Shown: positions 30,377 through 38,312 of the stretch, in pieces
How the letters are laid out: each line of letters starts with the position of its first letter
How positions within the stretch are numbered: position 1 is the first letter of the stretch
NCBI GenBank assembly: GCA_028066595.1
Contig: JALCBJ010000011.1
Location: 34,619 to 98,618, forward strand
Reading direction: 5' to 3'
Length of the DNA: 64,000 nucleotides
Origin: Thermoanaerobaculia bacterium
GTDB taxonomy: Bacteria > Acidobacteriota > Thermoanaerobaculia > Multivoradales > J023
The notes under the pieces: generated by a model
What the model was told of the DNA's origin: nothing
Seen by the model: only the letters and a program-made list of their open reading frames with translations
The model's database searches: none
Made by a program: the position numbers and the translations under genes

Positions 30377-30562
30377 ACTGCTCAGAAAATTCTTGGGATT
30401 GTGCAGGCGAATAGATGAATATTGTTCCATGAGGGCTCCGCTCTAAATAGAGCATTTGGCCGTTCTGGCCAAGTCTTCGCCTGCTCCTCACATATCTTCG
30501 ATGTTCCTCCGGCAACTGCCGGACCCTACGCCCGCGGTGACCGGAGTCCGCGGGCCTTTTTG
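30377..30562 (+). ncRNA. Candidate structured small RNA (unknown family)
   Basis: 9-bp helix GCAGGCGAA(30403-11)/TTCGCCTGC(30476-84) enclosing hairpins GCTCTA-aa-TAGAGC and TTGGCC-gttct-GGCCAA, followed by TCCGGC-aact-GCCGGA and a terminator; no credible ORF. Confidence 0.4.
30530..30562 (+). terminator. Rho-independent terminator
   Basis: GCCCGCGG-N10-CCGCGGGC followed by CTTTTTG. Confidence 0.75.
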
Positions 30563-30584
30563 TGCATCTCGTCTTCGAGCAGTC

Positions 30585-30614
30585 GTTAACCGTTCCTAGC
30601 TCCCGAACGTTCTA
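30585..30614 (+). promoter_or_regulatory. Candidate ECF sigma promoter (autoregulatory)
   Basis: GTTAAC-N17-CGTTCTA fits the general ECF AAC…CGT consensus; lies just after the terminator, ~50 bp before the ECF operon. Confidence 0.5.
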
Positions 30615-30663
30615 CCGTCGAATTCGGGCGTGGCCCGACCGACGATGAAATTCAGGAGTAAAC

Positions 30664-31077
30664 ATGGACAACTGGCTGGTCATCCTCATCTCCACCAACA
30701 TGGCTTTCTTTCTCGGACTGATCTGGATCGTCGTGCACTACAGGAGTCGACGACAGGAACAGAAAGCAGAGGAGCGGTCGAAGTTGCTCGACCGCTTCGA
30801 GAGCCCGGAAACCTTGCTCCAGTTCCTGGACAGCGAAAGCGGTCGGCGCTATCTGCTGCTGGCCGGGGCGGCGCCCACGTCGCGTACCGCCCTGGTCTGG
30901 GTTTGCTTTTTCGGACTGGTAGCTCTGGTCGGTGGCGCGAGTGTGCTGTTTCTGGCACAGGCCGGTCTTCTCGACGGGGGGGACGGGTTCTATATCTTGG
31001 GGGGGCTCCTGCTGGCGGGTGGGATCGGTATCCTGATCGGGACCGCTGTGGCATTCCAACTTCTGCAGAAGAACTGA
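30664..31077 (+). CDS. Membrane protein (DUF6249-like) co-encoded with ECF sigma
   Basis: AGGAG RBS; N-terminal TM, charged helix (KLLDRFES…FLDSESGRRYL), two C-terminal TMs. Confidence 0.7.
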   Translation: MDNWLVILISTNMAFFLGLIWIVVHYRSRRQEQKAEERSKLLDRFESPETLLQFLDSESGRRYLLLAGAAPTSRTALVWVCFFGLVALVGGASVLFLAQAGLLDGGDGFYILGGLLLAGGIGILIGTAVAFQLLQKN

Positions 31078-31089
31078 GGATGAGTTTCC

Positions 31090-31719
31090 GTGGCCTCCGA
31101 CAAGTTGTCGAGTTTTACGTCGGCCGCATCGTTGGCCGTTCGATGGTCCACGCCATCGGACGGCTCGGAATCCGTTTCCGATGTCGACTCACTGCCGGCC
31201 TTGGACCGAGAGACCTTTCAGGACTTCTATGACCGTACGTCGACGCCGTTGCGCCGGTACCTGCATCGAGTGTGCACCGACGCGGGCCAAGTGGAAGACG
31301 TCTTTCAGGAGGCCTACGTGCGGTTGATCAATCGACGGGGATTGAGAAGGGGTCCAGAGCTGAAGAGCTACTTGTTCCGAACGGCGACCAATCTGCTGCG
31401 CGATCACTGGCGTCGTAGGGAGCGAGAGCGGAGTGGGCTCTCGGAGTTCTTTGCCGTGATGCGAGATCGCGAGGCTGCGCCTTCCGCAGGCGAGGCAGTG
31501 GACTTGGAGTCAGCGCTGTCGGAGCTCGCTCCCCGCGATAGGGCCATGCTCTGGCTGGCATATGTGGAGGGCTACGCTCACCGCGATATCGGCGAGATGC
31601 TCGGAGTTCGACCTGCCAGCGTGAGGGTGCTACTTTTCCGTTTGCGCAAGCGGTTGGCCGAGCGACTCCTCCCCCAGACGAAGCAGCTCGAGGACGTAGA
31701 AGCCGGAGGTGTGTCATGA
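31090..31719 (+). CDS. ECF RNA polymerase sigma factor (start uncertain)
   Basis: Region 2 EDVFQEAY…SYLFRTATNLLRDHWRR; region 4 LAYVEGYAHRDIGEMLG…SVRVLLFR. Confidence 0.9.
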   Translation: MASDKLSSFTSAASLAVRWSTPSDGSESVSDVDSLPALDRETFQDFYDRTSTPLRRYLHRVCTDAGQVEDVFQEAYVRLINRRGLRRGPELKSYLFRTATNLLRDHWRRRERERSGLSEFFAVMRDREAAPSAGEAVDLESALSELAPRDRAMLWLAYVEGYAHRDIGEMLGVRPASVRVLLFRLRKRLAERLLPQTKQLEDVEAGGVS

Positions 31720-32117
31720 CGGATCCGGTCAAAGGAATTCGCGTGGACGAAGACGACCCCTGGGACGAGATGTTGCGCGCCGGGTTCGCTCGCCTGGCCG
31801 AGCAGCCGGTAGATCGTGGCCCGGAGGCAGGTGAGCTGTGGGCACGCGCCGCGGTGGTCCGCCGCCTCGAGGCACAGTCGATCCTCGACCCGCAAGAGAC
31901 ATCGTCGTCCTTGGTGTGGGGGCCGTTGGTGGGCGCACTGACCGCGCTCCTGCTGGTCGCGGCGATCTGGTTCCTTTCCGGTGCCGGCCTACCGCAAGTT
32001 ACGTCTGGCGGGTCTGGAGACGTGCTGTTTCTGGTTCTCGCGATCGTGGTGGGTAGCGTAGGTGTTGTCGGACTGGCGGCTTGCTCGTCGCTCGCATTGT
32101 TGTGGAACGACCTGTAG
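31716..32117 (+). CDS. Putative anti-sigma membrane protein
   Basis: ATGA overlap with the sigma gene; short cytoplasmic N-terminus (ELWARA) and two TMs. Confidence 0.6.
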   Translation: MTDPVKGIRVDEDDPWDEMLRAGFARLAEQPVDRGPEAGELWARAAVVRRLEAQSILDPQETSSSLVWGPLVGALTALLLVAAIWFLSGAGLPQVTSGGSGDVLFLVLAIVVGSVGVVGLAACSSLALLWNDL

Positions 32118-32183
32118 TGTCCTCGACGACACTGACCCGGGTCAGCGCAGACGGGTGCTGAGTCGAGTTCGAACGTCGGAAGC

Positions 32184-33044
32184 TCAGCGCACCCGATAAC
32201 GCCTGCGAGGTTCGTCGACCCTGAGGTCCACCCGAACGTCGACCGCTTGATCGACAACGCCGAAGAACAAGCGTTGAGGCTCCAGCTCCCCGTGCTCCAC
32301 CTCCAGGAGGTAGACCCCGGGCTCGAGAACGATGGACTCCGCCACCTCGCCGGCCGGACCCAACGGTTCGTCGTCGAGCCAGACGACAGCGTCGGCGGGC
32401 TCGATTTGCAGCGTCACGGTCTGTGGCTGCCGAGGTGGTCGAGGTTTGTGTACCTGATCCACTCTGGAAGGGGACCGGCCTCCCCCCCGGCGATCGCGGG
32501 GCGGTGGCTCGTAGGCGTAAGGCTCGGCCCCGTACTCGTAGGAGCGGTCACGGGTATCGGGCCGGGCCGACTCCGGTGGCACCACATAGACCTCGTCGGC
32601 CTCGACGATGACAGGTCGTGCGTTTCCCGCACCCAGCTCGGTTGGGTTCACCGCTTCCTCCGGTCCACTTACGTGGTGGTAGTCGAACCGGTCGGGGAAG
32701 AGCGGCGGCGCAACGTAGTACACCGGTGGTGCGAGGTACACCGGACCTGGATTGTGGACCGATCCGTCGTGGGACAGGTGGTGGTTGTAGAAACCGCGCG
32801 GTGTGTTGGTGGCGCTTCCCAGCGGCCGCTTCAGATAGTAGTTCGGAGGGAAGTGCCGATTCGGCTGCCGATTGGGCGTGCCGGCCGCCGGCAACTGGGT
32901 GTCGGCTCGACGAGGGGGCGTGTGTTGAGGCGCTCGCTTGGTCGAGCTGCGCACATTGTCACCTTGGCCGAGGGCAGGGGTCGGCGAGGTGAATCCAGAA
33001 CCCAAAAGGGTGAGGATGGCGAATGGAAGCATGATCGTCTTCAT
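32184..33044 (-). CDS. Secreted Pro/Tyr-rich protein with C-terminal PEGA-like domain
   Basis: Signal peptide; low-complexity middle; VTLQIEPADAVVWLDDEPLG…LEPGVYLLEV. Confidence 0.7.
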   Translation of the reverse strand: MKTIMLPFAILTLLGSGFTSPTPALGQGDNVRSSTKRAPQHTPPRRADTQLPAAGTPNRQPNRHFPPNYYLKRPLGSATNTPRGFYNHHLSHDGSVHNPGPVYLAPPVYYVAPPLFPDRFDYHHVSGPEEAVNPTELGAGNARPVIVEADEVYVVPPESARPDTRDRSYEYGAEPYAYEPPPRDRRGGGRSPSRVDQVHKPRPPRQPQTVTLQIEPADAVVWLDDEPLGPAGEVAESIVLEPGVYLLEVEHGELEPQRLFFGVVDQAVDVRVDLRVDEPRRRYRVR

Positions 33045-33134
33045 CGCGGCCTTCCGGTCGGTGACGATCGTCGGGATGTCTAGTGTACGGCATCGGCGGC
33101 GCAACGGACTGCTGTTCGATAACTAGATGGTGCC

Positions 33135-33665
33135 CTAGACGAGTGTCTTCGTCATGGGTACGAACTCGATCGTCAAGCCGCCTTGGAGGGGATAGTCGAC
33201 CCGTTCCTCTCCGACATAGCCGAAGCGGGAGTACAGACGGAGGCCCGGTAGCGTCGACATCAACTCGGTACGCGTGAACCCGGCTCGAAGCGCCTCGTTC
33301 TCGCAGTGCTCGAGGAGTAGCCTGCCGATCCCCTGCCGAGCATGGTCCGGGTCGACGAAGAAGGCGCGGATCTTCGCAGCTTCTGTGGCCGGGTCGAGGC
33401 GCTCGGGCTCTCGGTCCGGTCGGCCGTCGGCCCCGAAGAGAGTCTTGCGCAGGCTCCAGCCACCGCAGGCCACGGGCGCGCCGTCCTGTTCGACGACGAA
33501 GTAGGTCCCGTCGTCGATCAGCTGTGAGTCGACTCCGAACGCGTCGCCGAGCGCCGCCTCGACTTGCTCGGGCGTGTAGTCACCAAAGCTCAGCTGGTGT
33601 GCCGACCGAGCGATCAGTCGTTCCAGCGCGAGCACGTCGGCATGGACGGCAGGTCGGATCTTCAT
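33135..33665 (-). CDS. GNAT-family N-acetyltransferase
   Basis: VACGGWS, IRAFFVDPDHARQGIGRLLL, LYSRFGY; GGAGG RBS. Confidence 0.9.
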   Translation of the reverse strand: MKIRPAVHADVLALERLIARSAHQLSFGDYTPEQVEAALGDAFGVDSQLIDDGTYFVVEQDGAPVACGGWSLRKTLFGADGRPDREPERLDPATEAAKIRAFFVDPDHARQGIGRLLLEHCENEALRAGFTRTELMSTLPGLRLYSRFGYVGEERVDYPLQGGLTIEFVPMTKTLV

Positions 33666-33758
33666 CGTAGGCCTCCGGGATCGACAGGGCCGCGCAACGT
33701 CGCCATCGAGTCGGCTCACACCGGAGAGTGGGTAACGCTCGGCAGGATAACAGGCAGG

Positions 33759-36425
33759 CTACTCTTCCTGGAGCGCCCTCGTCGGTTCGATGGATATCGC
33801 TCGGTGGGCCGGCAGAAAGGCAGCCAGCAACGCGACGAGCAGCGTTCCCAGGCCCACCAAGCCGAACGTGGTGGGATCGTACGGGTCGATCTCGAAGAGG
33901 AGAGTTTGCAGGAAACGTGTCAATGCGATCGCACCGGCCATACCGGCCAGCAGGCCGAATGCGGTCATCCGGATCCCTTGACCCACCACCAAGGTGACGA
34001 CGCTGCGAGCGGTGGCTCCCAGAGCCATGCGCAGACCGATCTCACGTGTGCGGCGTGCCGTGGAGTAGGCGAGAATGCCGTAGAGGCCCAGAGCGGCCAG
34101 GAACAGTGCGGATACGGCGAAGGTGCTGAGAATCTGTGTGAGGAAGCTGCGATAGGCGAGTGTGCCGGCCAGTCGTTCGTCCATGGTGGAAGCATCTCCG
34201 AGGGGAAGCTCTGGATCGATCGACCAGATCGTGCTCCGTACTTCCGGCAGCAGAGCCAGGGGATCGGTCTCGGTTTCCAGCAGCACGGTCATCCCTGGTG
34301 TCGGATTCTGACGATGCAGGAAGTACATCGCCGGCTGGGGCGGGCTGGCTCTTCCGGAGAAGCGCACGTCGCGAACCACGCCGACGATCTCGAAGCGGTC
34401 GATCTCGCGAATCCACCATGAGCTCCGGAGGAGAGACCTCCCGACCGCCGGTCGATCGGGTGGCAAGTGCTGTCGGACGAACGCCTCGTTGACGACCACC
34501 ACACCACCACCATCCGAACGATCGTTGCTGGCGAAGCCTCGGCCTTCCACCAGCGGGATGTCGAGGGTCTCGAAGTAGCCCTCGGTCACCGGCCGGAAGT
34601 TGGCTTCCGGGCGACGACCTTCTTCCGGTTCCGGCTCGCCCTCGACGGCGAAGCTCGTTCCCCAGCCGGGCGCCGCCGCATGCTGGTGCGCCGCCCCGAC
34701 CGACTGTACGCCCGGCAGCGCTTCCAGCTCTCCCAGCAGCCGATCGTAGAAAGCTACGGTCTGCGGCCACTCGTCGGAGACATACGCTGTCGGCAGTTCC
34801 AGGTCGACCGCAAGCACGTGACTCGGGTCGAAGCCGGTTTCGACGTCGTAGAGCCTCATCATGCTGCGGACGAGCAGTAACGAGCCGATGACCAGGACCA
34901 CCGCAAGCGCCACTTCCGTCACGACCAGGACACGCCGGACCCGGGCCGCGGAGGCCGTGTCCCGCACCCCTCGAGCACCCGCACCGAGGTGTCGGAAGAG
35001 GTTCCGTCCCATCACCTCGCCCGCTGGCACCACCCCGAAAACCACGGCCACTGCCGCCGACGCCCCTACCGTGACCAGCATCACCCGAAGATCGAGCCCG
35101 ACCTCGGCCGCCCTTGGCAGGTTCGTGGGAACCCGTGTGAGGAGGAGACCGATGCCCGCCTTGGCCACGGCGATGCCGAGCAGTGCTCCGCCGAGGACCA
35201 ACCACGAGGACTCGGCCAGGAACTGTCGCATCAACTGCGGCGACGAAGCACCCAGGGCAGCCCGGGTCGCTACCTCTCGCCGACGCTCCGCAGCACGGTG
35301 GAGCAGCAAGTTCGAGACGTTGGCTCCTACGATGAGTAGCAGGAATGCTGCTGCACCGAGCACTGTCAGAATCGGTGTTCGCACGCCGCCCACCGTGGCT
35401 TCGTGCATGGACTCGATGCGAGATCGACGAACCTTGTTGTCCTCGGGATACTCCTCGGCGATCTGCTCCGAGATACGCACGATCTCGGCGTTGGCAGCGG
35501 GGAGATCGATGCCGTTCGTGAGGCGTCCGATCACTGCCAGGTTCTGCACCCCTCGATGCTCGGTTCCCGGGAGCTGTTCCACGGGTAGCCACATCTGCGC
35601 ACCCTCAGGCAGAGCGGCGCCAGCGACCACACCAACGATGGTCGTGGGAATCCCATCGATGCGCAGCGACCGGCCGATGGTTTGACGGTCGCCTCCGAAG
35701 CGCTCGCGCCAGAAGGTCTCGGCCAGAACGGCGACCGGCTCGGCCCCCAGACGGTCGTCTTCCGGCAGGAGATCGCGGCCTTCGATCACCTGCAATCCGA
35801 GTAGCTCGAAGAGGTCGTGGGAGGCCCAAGCGATGGTCAAGCGTTCGGGCCGATCACCGGCACCGAGTACGTTGGCGACCCGCGGCGAGACGACCGACAA
35901 CCGAAGAGATGTCGCACGGTCGCGATAGTCCTCGAAGTCGGGATATGAGGTGTTCCATCGGCCTGCGCCCGAGTCGACGTGGTAGCCGAAGAGAGAGACC
36001 AGCTCGTCGGGATCCTCGTAAGGCAGTGGCCGGAACAGCACTCCGTCAGCCATGGAGTAGATGGCCGTGAGGCTGCCGATCCCGAGGGCCAGTGTGAGTA
36101 CGACGACCAGCGTGAATCCGGGAGTGCGCAGTAGCTGGCGGAGCGCCAAGCGAAGATCGAAGAGCAGGGCGGTCATGGCATGGTCTCCGGTAGAGCGGTT
36201 TCTGTTGGGCTGGCGGGACCGTCGCGTTGGACGTAGCGCTAGAGCGGCAGCTGTGCGAAGTGCGTCGCGACGAAAACGCCTTCGGGCGCCACGCGGATCG
36301 ATCTCGGCGCGATGGGCGAGCTCTTCATGCAGGTCGCCAAGGAGCGCCTCGCCGGATCTGCGGTCAGAAAACAGGCGTAGGGCAAGACGTAGGGTCCAGT
36401 GCGACACGCGCGGCGGGCTAGGCAC
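33759..36425 (-). CDS. ADOP-family duplicated permease (MacB_PCD-FtsX x2)
   Basis: Prefix EALLGDLHEE, DLRLALRQLLRTPGFT, LALGIG, RPLPYEDPD, RRREVATRAALGAS, RTREIGLRMALGA; downstream of PadR, no ATPase gene. Confidence 0.92.
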   Translation of the reverse strand: MPSPPRVSHWTLRLALRLFSDRRSGEALLGDLHEELAHRAEIDPRGARRRFRRDALRTAAALALRPTRRSRQPNRNRSTGDHAMTALLFDLRLALRQLLRTPGFTLVVVLTLALGIGSLTAIYSMADGVLFRPLPYEDPDELVSLFGYHVDSGAGRWNTSYPDFEDYRDRATSLRLSVVSPRVANVLGAGDRPERLTIAWASHDLFELLGLQVIEGRDLLPEDDRLGAEPVAVLAETFWRERFGGDRQTIGRSLRIDGIPTTIVGVVAGAALPEGAQMWLPVEQLPGTEHRGVQNLAVIGRLTNGIDLPAANAEIVRISEQIAEEYPEDNKVRRSRIESMHEATVGGVRTPILTVLGAAAFLLLIVGANVSNLLLHRAAERRREVATRAALGASSPQLMRQFLAESSWLVLGGALLGIAVAKAGIGLLLTRVPTNLPRAAEVGLDLRVMLVTVGASAAVAVVFGVVPAGEVMGRNLFRHLGAGARGVRDTASAARVRRVLVVTEVALAVVLVIGSLLLVRSMMRLYDVETGFDPSHVLAVDLELPTAYVSDEWPQTVAFYDRLLGELEALPGVQSVGAAHQHAAAPGWGTSFAVEGEPEPEEGRRPEANFRPVTEGYFETLDIPLVEGRGFASNDRSDGGGVVVVNEAFVRQHLPPDRPAVGRSLLRSSWWIREIDRFEIVGVVRDVRFSGRASPPQPAMYFLHRQNPTPGMTVLLETETDPLALLPEVRSTIWSIDPELPLGDASTMDERLAGTLAYRSFLTQILSTFAVSALFLAALGLYGILAYSTARRTREIGLRMALGATARSVVTLVVGQGIRMTAFGLLAGMAGAIALTRFLQTLLFEIDPYDPTTFGLVGLGTLLVALLAAFLPAHRAISIEPTRALQEE

Positions 36426-36794
36426 CCTTGCTCCCAGAGGTACGGCTTGCAGCGTCAGAGGCTCTCTGGCGAAGGTCCTCGAGCACCTGTTCTAGCCCCT
36501 GGGCCATTTTTCGCTGGGCGTCCCAGGAAAGCGACAGGGCGCGCTCGCCCGCCGGTGTCAAACGACACAGCTTCTTGCGTCGGCCACCGCGCACCGCGGT
36601 GGGCCGACCCATTCGACTGCAGAGGAAGCCTTTCCCTTCGAGGCGTTCGAGGGTCGTATAGACCGCTCCCAACGACACTTCGCGCCCTGCGCGCGCTCGA
36701 TCTCGCCGCGGATCGATACACCGTAGGCGTCGTCTTCGAGCCGTAGGGTGGCCAGCAAGACCGTGTACTCGAAGTCGCCCAAACGGTCTGTCAC
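36418..36794 (-). pseudogene. PadR-family regulator, frameshifted at ~36690 (true lesion or sequencing error)
   Basis: GTG 36794 with RBS: TDRLGDFEYTVLLA…AYGVSIRGEIER, continuing in another frame as AGREVSLGAVYTTLERLEGKG…RGGRRKK…TPAG. Confidence 0.8.
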
Positions 36795-36819
36795 GCGTTC
36801 CTTCCTCGTCTCGAGTCGC

Positions 36820-36889
36820 ATTTGTCCTGCATTGTGGGATAAATTACGGTGGGCGTTGCGGATGGTTGCAAATCCCGCAATCGGGGGAT
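36820..36889. promoter_or_regulatory. Two related imperfect inverted repeats, candidate PadR operators
   Basis: ATTTGTCCTGCATTGTGGGATAAAT (36820-44) and ATCCCGCAATCGGGGGAT (36872-89); on opposite strands both read ATCCC(A/G)CAAT. Confidence 0.45.
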
Positions 36890-37045
36890 CGCTCCGAGGG
36901 GCTTCCGAGCATGATCCGAGGACATAGCGAGTCGATCCGAAGCGCCTTTTTCGCTTGGATCTGTGAACCTCTCTCCAGAGCACGCGGCCGATATGCCGCC
37001 CACTCTACGCAGCGCTCGCCCTCTCAGGACCGAGCGCGTTCCGAC

Positions 37046-37102
37046 AGGCTCCGAGAGCTCCCAAGGGGTTGGGTTCTCACTCTCGGAGCCTCTTTTGCTT
37101 TG
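37046..37102 (+). terminator. Strong hairpin with plus-strand U-tract
   Basis: AGGCTCCGAGAG/CTCTCGGAGCCT perfect 12-bp stem, inner CCCAA-gggg-TTGGG, then CTTTTGCTTTG. Confidence 0.6.
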
Positions 37103-37124
37103 GGTCTACGTAGGCTGGTTCCAA

Positions 37125-38312
37125 TCAGTCCCCGTAGCCCACCAGCTCCACATACCCTCGCCCTGATTCGCTGCCAATGCCCGTTACATCCACGGCGCCC
37201 TCCCAGTAGCGAAAGGCCACGTCGAGCTCTTGGTCCGCCACGACGGCTCGAATCTCGAGATCGAGTCCTTGCTTTGGCAGCTGCAACCTCCAAGCGATCG
37301 GGTAGGTGGTCCCTTTCGGGCTGGTCCAACGCTCCAGAACACCCAGAGTGAAGTCGTCGACCGCCAGGGGCGTCTTCTCTCCACTCGGCCCGACGAGGGC
37401 GCCGCTCGATGCCTGATCGATTCCGCCGCCTTCGAGGCGCAGGCGGTAGACCATGAGGTCGCGCCCGTCGTCGAGCTGGAGAGAGAACCAATCCCAGCCG
37501 GTCTGGTCGGGAGCCAGAACGCTGGTGGACCATTCACGGTCGAGCCAGGCAGTTCCTGTGACGGATTCGTGACGATCACCGATGCGAAGCACACCCCGTG
37601 CCGCCAGGCGGGTGAACGAGTAGTAGTAGGACGCGCCTCCCGCCATGGAGTTCTTGCGTGAGAGCCCTCGGTCACCTTGAAGCACGAGTGGTTTGCTCGG
37701 CCGGACGTCGATCTCGGCCGAGATGGTGGGTTCGCCTCCCGAGTCCCCCAGACCATTGGCTCGCAGCGTCCAAGGGAACGAGGCGGTGCCCTTCTCCGAG
37801 GAAGTCAGGCTCCAGTCTTCGAGCCAGACCCGCAGCGGTCCACCGGCTTCGAGCTCGGAGCCGGCCAGGCCAACGGCGCCCCGGGCCAGACGCTCGAAGG
37901 AGTGTTGGCGGCCCCTCTCCACATCTGTGATCGCGAAGTGACCCAGGTATACCTGACGGGTCGCCCAGGAGCTGTCTCGGAATGGCTGCGAAGGCCGTAG
38001 GGCGCGGCGAAAGATGGTCCACTGCAGGCCGTAGCGCCGTCCGTCGGTGGTCTCCAGGTTGGCGGTGAGGTACCACCACTCGGTCTGGAAGTCGGGGTGC
38101 GGACCGTGGTCCATGGGAAAGCTGAGCTCGACGACCTCGTCGGCCCGAGCGTAGCCTGCATCGGATCCGTCGACCGGTGCGGTCAGCGACGCGACGGCAG
38201 AGGGCGCTCGTCGGCCATTCTCCGAAGCCTCCGTGGGGGTTTGGCGATCTGTGGCGCAGGCAGCGAGGACGAGGGCGGGCAACAGAACACCGAGGATGGA
38301 CAGCCTCATCAT
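37125..38312 (-). CDS. AttH/CrtC-like lipocalin-domain lipoprotein
   Basis: Lipobox LAAC; FPMDHGPHPDFQTEWWY, ASYYYS, AWLDREWS, GWDWFSLQL, YWEGAV, GRGYVELVGY. Confidence 0.88.
   Translation of the reverse strand: MMRLSILGVLLPALVLAACATDRQTPTEASENGRRAPSAVASLTAPVDGSDAGYARADEVVELSFPMDHGPHPDFQTEWWYLTANLETTDGRRYGLQWTIFRRALRPSQPFRDSSWATRQVYLGHFAITDVERGRQHSFERLARGAVGLAGSELEAGGPLRVWLEDWSLTSSEKGTASFPWTLRANGLGDSGGEPTISAEIDVRPSKPLVLQGDRGLSRKNSMAGGASYYYSFTRLAARGVLRIGDRHESVTGTAWLDREWSTSVLAPDQTGWDWFSLQLDDGRDLMVYRLRLEGGGIDQASSGALVGPSGEKTPLAVDDFTLGVLERWTSPKGTTYPIAWRLQLPKQGLDLEIRAVVADQELDVAFRYWEGAVDVTGIGSESGRGYVELVGYGD

Noticed and set aside
30403-30488. Cloverleaf-like fold with a CTCTAAA loop resembling an amber/pyrrolysine tRNA anticodon loop
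   Set aside because: No TTCRA T-loop or D-loop GG, a spacer separates the last hairpin from the closing stem, the stem has a mismatch, the end is CCT rather than CCA, and there are no pyl genes. Kept only as a generic ncRNA candidate.
36960-37030. Glycine-riboswitch-like words CTCTGGAGAG and CTCTCAGG
   Set aside because: They lie on opposite strands and the CCGAAG element is not in the right place.
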